Of a DNA stretch of 64,000 nt, positions 35,488 through 45,363 are shown piece by piece. The position numbers and the translations under genes were made by a program. The notes below the pieces were generated by a model. It was not told the origin of the DNA. It made no database searches and saw only the letters and a program-made list of their open reading frames with translations. The DNA is from an uncultured Chloroflexia bacterium (GTDB taxonomy: Bacteria > Chloroflexota > Limnocylindria > QHBO01). The stretch lies in the NCBI GenBank assembly GCA_963827475.1, contig CAWHAZ010000005.1:480001-544000 (forward strand), given 5' to 3'. Numbering within the stretch: position 1 is the first letter of the stretch; every line of letters starts with the position of its first letter.

Positions 35488-35769
35488 GTGCATTCGGGCA
35501 TGATCGGCAAGGTGGAGAAGGCGATGCGCTACGCCCACGAGCCCGATCGAGTGACGATCAATCGGCTCGGGGCGACCTTCGCCGGCGACAACGGGTCCCA
35601 CCAGGTCTCTCTCGACGGCGAGCGCTGGCACTGTGACTGCCACCTCTTCGAGCAGGCCGGCGGCTGCACCCACACCCTCGCCATCCAGAAGATGCTCGAC
35701 CCCATGCTGTCCGATACCGCCCGCGAGACCCCCCTCTACGGTCACGTCGAGGTAGGCGCCGGGGTGTAG
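35488..35769 (+). CDS. Small SWIM-type zinc-finger protein
   Basis: GGAGGAG RBS; WHCDC-x8-CTH motif. Confidence 0.75.
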   Translation: MHSGMIGKVEKAMRYAHEPDRVTINRLGATFAGDNGSHQVSLDGERWHCDCHLFEQAGGCTHTLAIQKMLDPMLSDTARETPLYGHVEVGAGV

Positions 35770-35784
35770 CATCGCCCGACAACC

Positions 35785-35946
35785 GAAGACCGCGTGGGGT
35801 GCCGCCGCCGAAAGGCCGGCGGATAAATGGCGAAGCCGGTGCAAGGCCGGCGCTGTCCCGCAACTGTGAACCGGGCCCAGGCCCGGAAGCCAGGTCGCCC
35901 AGCCAGCACGCGATGTCTCCACCCTCGTGAGAAAGGGCAGGACATC
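35785..35946 (+). ncRNA. Cobalamin riboswitch with expression platform
   Basis: GGTGC...GAAGCCGGTGCAAGGCCGGCGCTGTCCCGCAACTGTGA...AAGCCAG core; GATGTC/GACATC hairpin over the RBS; TAGCAT -10 at 35767; precedes an ABC uptake operon. Confidence 0.92.
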
Positions 35947-35948
35947 AC

Positions 35949-36923
35949 ATGTCGGCATCCCGTTTCCGGTTCCTCGTTCCATTCCTCCTGGTCCTGGCCG
36001 CTGCGTGCCAACCATCGGCCAGCGCGAGTCCCTCTGACAGCGCCGCGCCCAGCATCGCGGCGAGCCCGTCGACCGTCGCCGAGGTCACCTACCCCCAGAC
36101 CCTGACCGATGACGCCGACCGTGAGGTCGAGCTCGCGGCCGAGCCCGAGCGGATCGTCAGCCTCGCCCCGTCGAACACGGAGATCGTGTGTGCCCTCGAC
36201 GCCTGCGACCGGCTGGTCGGCGTGACCGACTTCGACGACTACCCGGCCGACGTCGCCGACGTCGCCGACGTCGTCATCGGTCCCGTGGTCGACGTCGAGC
36301 TGGTGGTCGCCGCCGATCCGGACCTGATCCTGGCCGCCGGCAACGAGCTGACCCCGAGCGCGGTCATCACCGAGCTGGCCGACCTCGGCTACCCGGTGAT
36401 CGTCCTGTATCCCGAAACCCTCCACGAGGTCACCCACAACATCGAGCTCGTCGGTCAGGCCATCAACGCGGCGGAGGAGGCCGATGCGGTCGTCGCCGAC
36501 ATGGAGGCGCGAATCGAAGCGGTCGAGGAGGCCGTGGCGGACGCGCCAACCCCGCGGACGTTCTACGAGGTTGGCCTGTTCGAGGGTGCGATCTACACCG
36601 CGGGCGAGGACTCGTTCCTCGCCGACCTGCTGACCACGGCGGGCGCGGATCCCATCGTCGGCGATCCGCTCACGACGGCCATCGCCCTCGAGGATCTCGT
36701 CGTCGCCGATCCCGAGCTCATCCTGCTCGGCGACGCCGCGTACGACCCATCGATCACGCCCGAGTCGGTGGCCGCGCGCCCCGGCTGGGGGGAGATGACC
36801 GCGGTCTCGAGCGGTGCGATCCAGGTGGTTGAAGAGGACCCGGTCATCACCCGACCGGGTCCACGGATCGTGGACGGCCTCGAGGCGCTCGCCCGCGCCA
36901 TCCATCCCGACCGCTTCGACTGA
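35949..36923 (+). CDS. btuF: Cobalamin ABC transporter substrate-binding lipoprotein
   Basis: Lipobox LAAAC, PERIVSLAPSNTEI, RPGPRIVDGLE; downstream of the riboswitch. Confidence 0.88.
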   Translation: MSASRFRFLVPFLLVLAAACQPSASASPSDSAAPSIAASPSTVAEVTYPQTLTDDADREVELAAEPERIVSLAPSNTEIVCALDACDRLVGVTDFDDYPADVADVADVVIGPVVDVELVVAADPDLILAAGNELTPSAVITELADLGYPVIVLYPETLHEVTHNIELVGQAINAAEEADAVVADMEARIEAVEEAVADAPTPRTFYEVGLFEGAIYTAGEDSFLADLLTTAGADPIVGDPLTTAIALEDLVVADPELILLGDAAYDPSITPESVAARPGWGEMTAVSSGAIQVVEEDPVITRPGPRIVDGLEALARAIHPDRFD

Positions 36924-36928
36924 CGGTC

Positions 36929-38020
36929 GTGCGCGCGACGGCAGCCGTCCGCCCCCTGGTTGGAGGACCGAGCGTCGGCCATGCCACGCTCGTGATCGGG
37001 GCCGGGATCGGACTGGTGGTCATCGCCGTTCTCGCGGCGGTCGCGGTCGGCAGCGTGGACGTCGGCCTGTCGGAGACGATCGGGATCATCGCCCAGCGGC
37101 TCGGCTTCCCGGTGGTGGAAGACTGGGCCTCCACCGCTCCGACGATCCTGTTCGAGGTCCGCCTGCCGCGGGTGCTGGCCGGGGTGCTCGTCGGCGCCGG
37201 CCTCGGCTGCGCCGGCGTCGTCTTCCAGGCGCTGCTCCGCAACCCGATGGCCGATCCGTACGTCATCGGGGCCGCAGCCGGCGCCTCGTTGGGGGCCGTG
37301 CTCGCGATCACCGCGCCGATCGTCCTGCCGTTCCTCGCGGTTGGTGCCGGCACGGCCTGGCTGGGCATCGGCCTGGCCCAGGTCCTGGCCTTCCTCGGCG
37401 GACTGGGCGCGGTGGCGCTCGTGCTCGCCGTCGCCCGACAGGACGGGAGGTCGAGCATGGTCACCCTCCTCCTCACCGGGTACGCCGTGTCCTCCCTCAT
37501 TGCCGCCGGCGTGGCCCTGCTGCTGGTCAGCTCGGGCCGCGCCATCGCGTCGGTGGTCGGGTGGCTGCTCGGGTCGCTGGGCGGGACCGGGTACCCGGAG
37601 CTGGCGGTCGCCGCACCGCTCGTCCTCGGCGGATCCGCGCTGCTCCTCCTGCGCTGGCGGACGCTGAACCTACTACTCCTCGGCGACGAGGCGGCCGCCG
37701 GGCTGGGCGTCGATCTCGTGACCGCCCGGCGCGGCCTCGTCCTGCTGGCCACGGTCGTGACCTCCGCCGCGGTGGCGCTGGCCGGGACGATCGGCTTCGT
37801 CGGGCTGGTCGTGCCGCACCTCGTGCGGCTGGCGATCGGTCCCGACCACCGGCTCCTGCTGCCGATGAGCTGCCTGGGTGGCGCCGCCCTGCTGGTGACC
37901 GCCGACCTCGCCGCGCGGGTGGTCGGTGGCGTTCCCGTCGGAGTCGTGACCGCGCTCATCGGTGCCCCGTTCTTCCTCTGGCTGCTGCACCGTTCGGCGA
38001 CGGCCGTGACGACCCCATGA
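36929..38020 (+). CDS. btuC: Cobalamin ABC transporter permease (FecCD family)
   Basis: RLPRV, RNPMADPY, GTIGFVGLVVPH, GAPFF. Confidence 0.88.
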   Translation: MRATAAVRPLVGGPSVGHATLVIGAGIGLVVIAVLAAVAVGSVDVGLSETIGIIAQRLGFPVVEDWASTAPTILFEVRLPRVLAGVLVGAGLGCAGVVFQALLRNPMADPYVIGAAAGASLGAVLAITAPIVLPFLAVGAGTAWLGIGLAQVLAFLGGLGAVALVLAVARQDGRSSMVTLLLTGYAVSSLIAAGVALLLVSSGRAIASVVGWLLGSLGGTGYPELAVAAPLVLGGSALLLLRWRTLNLLLLGDEAAAGLGVDLVTARRGLVLLATVVTSAAVALAGTIGFVGLVVPHLVRLAIGPDHRLLLPMSCLGGAALLVTADLAARVVGGVPVGVVTALIGAPFFLWLLHRSATAVTTP

Positions 38021-38835
38021 CCGGCCGCCCACCGACCGAGCGACCAGTGGGGCCCCTGCTGGAGCTCGACGACGTCACGTTCGGCTACCGGCGCCGCGGC
38101 CGTCCGGACCGCGAGGTGCTCCGCGGGGTCAGCCTCGCCATCTCGCCGGGGGAGATGGTGGCCCTCCTCGGCCCGAACGGCAGTGGCAAGACCACCCTGC
38201 TCCGGCTTGCCGTCGGGACGGTGCCGCCGCGCTCCGGCCGCGTGGCCCTCGACGGCCGCCCGGTGGGGGCGTGGACCCGCCGAGAGGTGGCCCAACGGGT
38301 CGCCATCCTGCCCCAGCTGCCCTCGCTGCCGGACGGGTTCCGCGTCGAGGAGCTGGTCGAGATGGGCCGTGCCCCGCATGCCCGCTCGCGGTTCGGCGCC
38401 GGCCCGGAGGACGCGGCCGCCGTCGAGCGAGCGCTGGTCGACGCCGACGCGCGAGATCTCGTCGGCCGCCGCATCGACGAGCTGTCCGGCGGGGAGCGCC
38501 AGCGGGTGCTGGTGGCCATGGTCCTCGCCCAGGAGCCGCGCCTGCTGCTGCTCGACGAGCCGACGCAGCATCTCGACCTCGCGCACCAGGTCGCGCTGCT
38601 GAGCGCCCTCGACCGGCTTCGTCGGACGCGCGGACTGGCCGTGCTCGCGGTCCTCCACGACCCGGCCATCACCGCGCTCTCCGTCCCGCGAGCCATCCTG
38701 CTCAGCGAGGGACGTGTCGTGGCCGACGGCCCGGCGGCCGACGTGCTCCGTCCGGCGACCGTGGCCGCGGTGTTCGGGATCTCGCTGCCTACCGCCGTCG
38801 CGCTGAGCACCGGGAGAACTGCGCCGCCCGGCTAG
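38017..38835 (+). CDS. btuD: Cobalamin ABC transporter ATP-binding protein
   Basis: GPNGSGKT, LSGGERQR, LLLDEPT, VLHD. Confidence 0.88.
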   Translation: MTGRPPTERPVGPLLELDDVTFGYRRRGRPDREVLRGVSLAISPGEMVALLGPNGSGKTTLLRLAVGTVPPRSGRVALDGRPVGAWTRREVAQRVAILPQLPSLPDGFRVEELVEMGRAPHARSRFGAGPEDAAAVERALVDADARDLVGRRIDELSGGERQRVLVAMVLAQEPRLLLLDEPTQHLDLAHQVALLSALDRLRRTRGLAVLAVLHDPAITALSVPRAILLSEGRVVADGPAADVLRPATVAAVFGISLPTAVALSTGRTAPPG

Positions 38836-40056
38836 CTCCCGGCTTGGCCAGGGCTCGTCCCAGCCTCCGCTTCCGCGTCAGCTTCCGCGACCGCTTCCTC
38901 TACCTCGTCGGCCTTTGCCACTTCGTGCCGATGCTCGGCCTCCGCCAGGTCGGCCAGGGCCGCCTCTTCGGGGCTGTAGATGTCCATCCAGTGGTTCACC
39001 AGGATCACGATGACGGCCAGGATCGGCACCCCGAACAGGGCGCCCCACAGGCCGGCCAGCTGGACGCCGACCAGCAGGCCGAGGAACAGGAGGATGGGGT
39101 GCAGGCCCAGCTGCTCCTGCATCATCTTCGGCTGAATGGCGTTGACCAGGACGCCCTGGACCACGACCAGCACGGCGGCGGCGACGAGTGCCACGAGCCA
39201 GTTTTCGCTGGTCAGGAACGCGATGAAGATCGGGGGAATGAGGGCCAGCGGCGGACCGATCATCGGGATGAACATCAGCAGCCCGGACACGACCGCGGTC
39301 ACGAAGATGTACTCCATCCCGCCCAGGGCGCGGGCCGCGAAGCCGACGATCATGACCAGCGCGAACATGATCAGGGCCAGCACCGTCTGGGCCCGCAGGA
39401 ACCCGCCGAACGAGCGGGCCACGCCCTCCTGGAACAGGATCGACTGGTCGCGGAAGCGGCTCGGCACCAGGCGGCTGAGCCAGACCATGATCCGGTGGCT
39501 GTCGAGCACCATGAACAGTGCCAGCAGGACGACCAGGAACAGGGTGCCGATGACCCCGAACGCGCCGCTGGCAATCGCCCCGGCCGATCCCGCCAGCTCG
39601 CCGCCGAGCTGCCCGATCTGGTCGGCGAGCTGATCGAACAGGATCGCGACGTCGGGGTCCTGGATCCCGATCGCGTCCTGGATCTCCTCGATCTGGGCCA
39701 CGATCAGGTCCTGCCGGGACGGCCAGCTGGCGATGAAGTCGGCGAGGTCGGCGACCATGACGGCCGCGATGACGAGCAGGAAGGCGCCCAGGCCGATGAG
39801 GGTGAGCCCGAACGCAGCCCCAACCGCTGACGCCGCGACCGACGCGCAGCGAGCGCTGGATGCGATGGACGAGCGGCGAGATCAGGAACGCGAGGAGCCA
39901 GGCCAGGAAGACGGCGGTGATGATCGAGCCGAACTGGACGAGGAAGTCCAGGATCAGCCCCATCGCGAGGAGGCCGAAGTAGATCGTGCCGGTGACGAGG
40001 AACAGGGCGAGGAGGCGCCGCTCCCGGACCCACGCCCCCTGGAACAGCTCGATCAT
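38832..40056 (-). CDS. AI-2E family transporter (frameshift near 39828)
   Basis: LAWLLAFLISP, FIPMIGP, QPKMM...GLHP, GLWGALFGVP. Confidence 0.88.
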
Positions 40057-41069
40057 GAAATTCGCACTCCCGGCCTGCCGGTTCCCACCGCCTCCAGGAC
40101 CTCGGCCCGTGTCGCTTCCAGGATGGGCCTGACCTTCGCGGCTCCGGCCGAGAGTACCGCCTCGACCACGTCGGGGTCGGCGGCGAGGGCCGCCCGCTTC
40201 TCGCGCATCGGTCGGAAGAACTCGATCATCCGTTCCGCCAGCAGCTGTTTGGTGTCGACGCAGCCCGTGCGTGCCGTCCGCTCACCGTCCTGGATCTGGA
40301 GATAGTCCCCGCCGAAGTACCGATGCAGCTGGCACACGTTGCAGACCTCCGGTCGTCCCGGATCGGTGCGCTTGATGCGTTGGGGGTCGGTCACCATGTT
40401 CATCACGATGCGCCGTATCTCGTCGGGTTCGGCGAAGATCGGGATCGTGTTGTTCGCGGACTTGCCCATCTTCTTCACCCCGTCGGTGCCGAGCACCACC
40501 GGGGCATCGGTGAAGACCGCCGTCGGCTCGGGGAAGATCGGTCCGTATCGGTTGTTGAAGGCCCGCACGATCTCCCGCGACAGCTCGAGGTGGGGAGCCT
40601 GGTCTTTGCCGACCGGCACCTTGCTCGCTTTGTAGATGACGATGTCGGCCGCCTGGAGCACGGGGTAGCTCAGGAGGCCGTTGCTGTTGTCCTTCCCGTC
40701 GGCCAGGCCCTCCTTGTACGTCGGGTTTCGCTCGAGCCAGCTCACCGGCACCACCGTGCTGAAGATCCAGCACAGCTCGGCGACCTCCGGGAAGTCGGAT
40801 TGGCGGATGAGGGCGCATCGATCCGGATCGAGGCCGACGGCGAGCAGGTCGAGAACCATCTCGTGCGTCAGGCGCCGCAGCTCGTCCCCGTCATGGACCG
40901 TGGTCAGGGCGTGGTAGTCGACGATCCCGTAGATCGTCTCGTACTCGTCCTGGAGGGCAACGTAGTTCCGCTGCGCGCCGAGGTAGTTGCCGAGGTGGCT
41001 GGCGCCGCTGGGCTGGATGCCGGAGAACACCCGCTCCCGGCCGGCTGGCAATCGTGCGGCGTCGGACAT
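40053..41069 (-). CDS. trpS: Tryptophan--tRNA ligase
   Basis: SGIQPSG..HLGNYLG, YPVLQAADI, VPVGKDQ, KMGKS. Confidence 0.96.
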   Translation of the reverse strand: MSDAARLPAGRERVFSGIQPSGASHLGNYLGAQRNYVALQDEYETIYGIVDYHALTTVHDGDELRRLTHEMVLDLLAVGLDPDRCALIRQSDFPEVAELCWIFSTVVPVSWLERNPTYKEGLADGKDNSNGLLSYPVLQAADIVIYKASKVPVGKDQAPHLELSREIVRAFNNRYGPIFPEPTAVFTDAPVVLGTDGVKKMGKSANNTIPIFAEPDEIRRIVMNMVTDPQRIKRTDPGRPEVCNVCQLHRYFGGDYLQIQDGERTARTGCVDTKQLLAERMIEFFRPMREKRAALAADPDVVEAVLSAGAAKVRPILEATRAEVLEAVGTGRPGVRIS

Positions 41070-41123
41070 CGTCCGACCGAGTGTACCGGACCCGATTTCG
41101 GTGGCTGCTAGAATCGCCCACTC

Positions 41124-41954
41124 GTGTCCGATCCACGCCAGACCGGCTCCGAGCCGCCTTCCGCATGGGCAGCCGCGGCGCGCTCTGGGCGCCGCGTGGG
41201 AAACCGGGTCGAGTTCCATGCCGAGATCGGGTCCACCAACGATCGAGCTCGCGCCGCGCTGGCCGAGGGCGCGGAGGACGGCCTGGCCGTCGTGGCGGAC
41301 CGCCAGCTGGCCGGTCGCGGACGGATGGGTCGGACATGGCTGTCACCGGCCGGCGTCAACCTCCTGGTCAGCGTGGGTATCCGCCTCGATCTTCCCGTCG
41401 AGCGGGCGTGGTGGCTCGCGGCCGGCGCCGCGCTCGCCCTGCGCTCCGCGGCGCAGGACGCGGTCGGGCCCGCTGCCGCGCTCTCGGTTCGCTGGCCGAA
41501 CGACCTGGTCACGGCCGACGGACTGAAGGTGGCCGGCCAGCTGATCGAAACCGAGATCGAGGCCGCGCGGGTCGCCTGGTCGGTGATCGGGATGGGGCTC
41601 AACGTGAACTGGCCGCGGGCTGACATGCCGTCGGACATCGCGTCGGGCGCCACCTCGCTGGTGGACCTCGCGGCCGGCGCCATCGACCGCGTGGCGCTCC
41701 TCGGCGACCTGCTCGCGGCGCTGGACAGGGAGATCACCGAGATCGAAGCTGGGATCTCGCCCCATGTCCGCTTCCAGTCCGCTTCGTGGCTCACGGGGCG
41801 CGAGATCGAGGTCGAGACGCCCGCGGGTCGCCTGGCCGGGGTGGCGGGCGCCATCGCCGACAACGGCGGGCTCGTGCTCGACGGCCCGACGGTCCACACC
41901 ACGGTCACCGTGGGCGAGGTGATCCGCGTGCGCGCGGCGGCGATGGCCGGATGA
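41124..41954 (+). CDS. birA: Biotin--protein ligase (no N-terminal HTH)
   Basis: STND, QLAGRGRMGRTW, WPND, KVAG; heads the acc operon. Confidence 0.92.
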   Translation: MSDPRQTGSEPPSAWAAAARSGRRVGNRVEFHAEIGSTNDRARAALAEGAEDGLAVVADRQLAGRGRMGRTWLSPAGVNLLVSVGIRLDLPVERAWWLAAGAALALRSAAQDAVGPAAALSVRWPNDLVTADGLKVAGQLIETEIEAARVAWSVIGMGLNVNWPRADMPSDIASGATSLVDLAAGAIDRVALLGDLLAALDREITEIEAGISPHVRFQSASWLTGREIEVETPAGRLAGVAGAIADNGGLVLDGPTVHTTVTVGEVIRVRAAAMAG

Positions 41955-42595
41955 GCGACCTGCGCCCGCGGCCCGCCCTCGACCTCGACCCGAACCGTGA
42001 TCGGCCGGGGCGCGATCACGCCAGCGGGACCGATCCGGACCTGGCCGACGTCCAGGCCGCGCAGCGCGACCGTCGCGCCTTCGACCGGCTCTATCGCCGG
42101 TACCTGGATCGGGTCTACAGCTACGCCTTCTACCAGTTGGGCGACCACCACGAGGCAGAGGACGTGACCGAACGCACGTTCCTCGCCGCCCTGGCCGGGA
42201 TCGACGGCTTCACCGATGAAGGGGCCACCTTCCGATCGTGGCTGTTCCGGATCGCCCACAACACGATCGCCAACGCGCACCGGTTCCGCCGCCGCCGGCG
42301 GACCGAGCCCATCTCCGACGCGCAGCACCACCACGCGCCCGGGGCGGACCCGGCCGGTGTCGTGGCTCGCGCCGACGAGGGTCGCCTCATCCGCGAGGCG
42401 CTGGCCCGCATCCCCGCCGACCGTCGCCAGGCCATCGTCCTGCGGTTCGTCGACGGTCTGTCGGCTCGCGAGATCGGGGCCGTCCTCGACCGCAGCGAGG
42501 GCGCCGCCCGGGTGCTGCTCCACCGGGCCCTGCGGGACCTTGCGAGTGAGCTCGGCCCGCGCGGCGGCGACGACGACGTGGGCGACCGGCTGTAA
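41951..42595 (+). CDS. ECF RNA polymerase sigma factor
   Basis: AEDVTERTF, FRSWLFRIAHN, region 4 HTH (EIGAVL...LLHRAL). Confidence 0.92.
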   Translation: MSDLRPRPALDLDPNRDRPGRDHASGTDPDLADVQAAQRDRRAFDRLYRRYLDRVYSYAFYQLGDHHEAEDVTERTFLAALAGIDGFTDEGATFRSWLFRIAHNTIANAHRFRRRRRTEPISDAQHHHAPGADPAGVVARADEGRLIREALARIPADRRQAIVLRFVDGLSAREIGAVLDRSEGAARVLLHRALRDLASELGPRGGDDDVGDRL

Positions 42596-42629
42596 CGAAT
42601 CCGGCCCGGCGGTGTTAGCCGCCATAGAG

Positions 42630-42974
42630 ATGATCATCCGCCACGCCTCCCGACCGACCGACGCCGAGCGCATCGACCAGGCCGTCACCTCCGTCCTCGA
42701 GGGATTGCCGGTCGCGGTCCCGCCAACCCTCGCCGAGGAGCTCGCCATGGCCCGGGCCCTGCGGGAAGGCCTGCATCCCATCCCACCGGGAGCGGGCTTC
42801 GAGGCAGGCCTCGCGCGCCGCCTGGAGGCAGGCGCCGTGCCCGGCGGCGACAAACTTCCGTCGTTTCTCCGCCATCACCACCGCCTGCTGGTGACCGGAG
42901 CCGTCGGCTCGTTCGTGGTCAGCACCGCGGGGATGGCCGTCGTCGCCTGGCGCATCGTCCATCGGTCGCCATGA
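42630..42974 (+). CDS. Hypothetical protein with a C-terminal TM helix (putative anti-sigma)
   Basis: Directly after the ECF sigma; helical N-terminus, single C-terminal TM; ATGA overlap with accD. Confidence 0.6.
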   Translation: MIIRHASRPTDAERIDQAVTSVLEGLPVAVPPTLAEELAMARALREGLHPIPPGAGFEAGLARRLEAGAVPGGDKLPSFLRHHHRLLVTGAVGSFVVSTAGMAVVAWRIVHRSP

Positions 42975-43918
42975 AGATCAAATTCCCCTTCAGCCGCCGC
43001 AGCGCCCCCGCCGACGCGTGGACCAAGTGCCCGCGCTGCGAGGGCCAGCTGTTCAACCGTCAGCTCGAACGCAACGGCCGGGTGTGCCCCACCTGCAGCC
43101 ACCACTTCCGGCTGTCTGCGCCCGAGCGGATCGAGCTCCTGGTCGACCCGGGCTCCTTCGTCGAGCGGGATGCCGGTCTGTTCAGCGGCGACCCGTTGGC
43201 CTTCGTCGACAGCAAGCCGTATCCGGAGCGGCTCGAGTCCTCCCGTGTCCGGTCCGGGCTGCCGGAGGCCGCGCTCTGGGGCATGGCTCGCATCGAGGGC
43301 CAGCCGGTGGCGCTCGGCCTGTTCGACTTCCGGTTCATGGGCGGCTCGATGGGCAGCGTCGTGGGTGAGAAGGTGGCCCGCTGCTTCGAGGGTGGCCTCG
43401 CCGAGCGCGTCCCAGTCGTCGTCGTCAGCGCCTCCGGCGGCGCCCGGATGCAGGAGGGGACGATCTCGCTGCTCCAGCTGGCGAAAACGACCGCTGCCCT
43501 GGGACGGCTGAACGAGGCCGGGATCCCGTTCATCAGCGTCCTCACCGACCCCACCACCGGTGGCGTGCTGGCCAGCTTCGCGTCGCTCGGCGACGTCATC
43601 CTCGCCGAGCCGGGGGCGCTGATCGGGTTCGCCGGGGCGCGCGTCGCCAGCGGTACGGTGGGCGAGGAGCTCCCCGAGGGCTTCCAGAGCGCGGAGCGGC
43701 TGCTGGAGCACGGGTTCGTGGACGCCGTCGTCCCGCGCGGCCAGCTGCGGACCACCGTCGCCCGTCTCCTCCGCGTCCTGCCCGTGGCCGGCCCGGCGAC
43801 GAACGGCGACGGACGCCGCGCGATCCGACCGATCGGCGCGTTGCAGGGCCTCGCTCAGCGCGTCGGCGGCGCGGTCAGCGAGCAGGCAGGCATCGACACC
43901 GAGGCACCGCCGCGATGA
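42971..43918 (+). CDS. accD: Acetyl-CoA carboxylase carboxyltransferase beta
   Basis: WTKCPRC...CPTC zinc finger, FMGGSMG, SGGARMQEG, PTTGGV. Confidence 0.95.
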   Translation: MKIKFPFSRRSAPADAWTKCPRCEGQLFNRQLERNGRVCPTCSHHFRLSAPERIELLVDPGSFVERDAGLFSGDPLAFVDSKPYPERLESSRVRSGLPEAALWGMARIEGQPVALGLFDFRFMGGSMGSVVGEKVARCFEGGLAERVPVVVVSASGGARMQEGTISLLQLAKTTAALGRLNEAGIPFISVLTDPTTGGVLASFASLGDVILAEPGALIGFAGARVASGTVGEELPEGFQSAERLLEHGFVDAVVPRGQLRTTVARLLRVLPVAGPATNGDGRRAIRPIGALQGLAQRVGGAVSEQAGIDTEAPPR

Positions 43919-44892
43919 CCGAGATGTCCGTCCAGACCACTCCGCCGGAGGTCAGCCCGGAGGCGGCCGAGGCCGCGTGGCGACGCGTCCAGCTCGCCCG
44001 TCACCCGCAGCGGCCGCGCACCCTGTCGCTCGTCGCCCAGATCTTCGACGATTTCGTCGAGCTCCACGGGGACCGTGCGTTCCGCGACGACCCGGCCATC
44101 GTCGGCGGCCCGGCGCGGCTCGACGGACGAGCGGTCATGGTCATCGGCCACCAGAAGGGGTCCGACACCGAGTCGAACATCTTCCGCAACTTCGGCTCAC
44201 CGATGCCGGAGGGCTTCCGCAAGGCACAGCGCCTGATGCGCCTGGCCGACCGGGTCGGCATGCCGCTGGTCACCTTCCTCGACACCGCCGGAGCATTCCC
44301 CGGGCCTGCGGCCGAGGAGCGCGGCCAGGCCGAGGCGATCGCGAGCTCCATCCAGCTCATGACCGGGCTGCGGGTCCCGATCGTGGTCGTCATCGTCGGC
44401 GAGGGCGGGTCCGGCGGCGCGCTGGCCATCGGCGTCGGGGACGAGGTGCTGGCCCTCGAGAACGCGGTCTACTCCGTCATCAGCCCGGAGGGGTGCGCCG
44501 CCATCCTGTGGCGATCCGCCGATGCGGCGCCCCTGGCCGCGGCGGCGATGAAGATGACGGCTGCCGAGCAGCACGAGCTGGGGATCGTGGATGGCGTCAT
44601 CGACGAGCCCGGCGAGGGGGCCCATACCGATCTCCCCGCGACCGCTGCCGCGATCAAGCGGGCGGTGATCGGTTCGGTGGCCCGCCTGGAGCGGATGGCG
44701 CCCGACGACCTGCGGGCCCGTCGCTACACGCGGCTGCGGGCGATCGGCACCGTCCTCGAGGGCGAAGCCGAAGCGCTGCGAGTCGGTCCCCCGTCGCTCA
44801 CGGCGCGCCTGGGTCGGCTGCTCGGCCTCCCCGGTGCTGTTCCCGAGCCGGCCGGGATGGACGACGAGGACCTCGACGAGGAGGGCGCATGA
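43915..44892 (+). CDS. accA: Acetyl-CoA carboxylase carboxyltransferase alpha
   Basis: ARHPQRP, LHGDR, EERGQAEAIA, GEGGSGGA, SVISPEGCA. Confidence 0.95.
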   Translation: MTEMSVQTTPPEVSPEAAEAAWRRVQLARHPQRPRTLSLVAQIFDDFVELHGDRAFRDDPAIVGGPARLDGRAVMVIGHQKGSDTESNIFRNFGSPMPEGFRKAQRLMRLADRVGMPLVTFLDTAGAFPGPAAEERGQAEAIASSIQLMTGLRVPIVVVIVGEGGSGGALAIGVGDEVLALENAVYSVISPEGCAAILWRSADAAPLAAAAMKMTAAEQHELGIVDGVIDEPGEGAHTDLPATAAAIKRAVIGSVARLERMAPDDLRARRYTRLRAIGTVLEGEAEALRVGPPSLTARLGRLLGLPGAVPEPAGMDDEDLDEEGA

Positions 44893-45363
44893 CCGATTCC
44901 ACCGATCCGGCCCGCCGACATGGCGATCGCGGCCGCGGCGCTCATCCCCGCCCTCACCGAGCGGCTGCAGCGCCACGGGCTCGGCGAGATCGAGATTCGC
45001 CAGGGTGACCTCCGGGTCCGCGTCGCGGCTGCCCCGGGCGCCGATGGCGGCCGCCCGGCGTCCGGCGGCGTCGAGGTCACCGTCGACCGATCCGGGGTCG
45101 GCGTCACCGCGACCACCGGCGGCGCGGCTCCCCTCGACCCGGTCACCTCGCCGGCTGTCGGGCACTTCGTCTATGCCGACGGGCTCGGCCCCGGTCTCTC
45201 GGTGAATGCCGGCACGGAGATTGGATTCGTCGAGATGCTCGGCATCCGTCACGAGGTCCGCGCCCCCGCGGACGGCATCGTCCGCCACCTGGTCGCCGAG
45301 AGCGGGGAGCCGGTGGAGTACGGCCAGCTGCTGGTCGAGATCGACCGGGCGGCCCCCGGCTGA
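44889..45363 (+). CDS. AccB-like biotinyl-domain protein lacking the biotin-accepting lysine (start 44889 with an indel near 44912, or 44920)
   Basis: BCCP-like N-terminus (GLGEIEIRQGDLRVRV), VTSPAVG, EVRAPADGIV...GEPVEYGQLL; EAMK replaced by EMLG. Confidence 0.85.
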
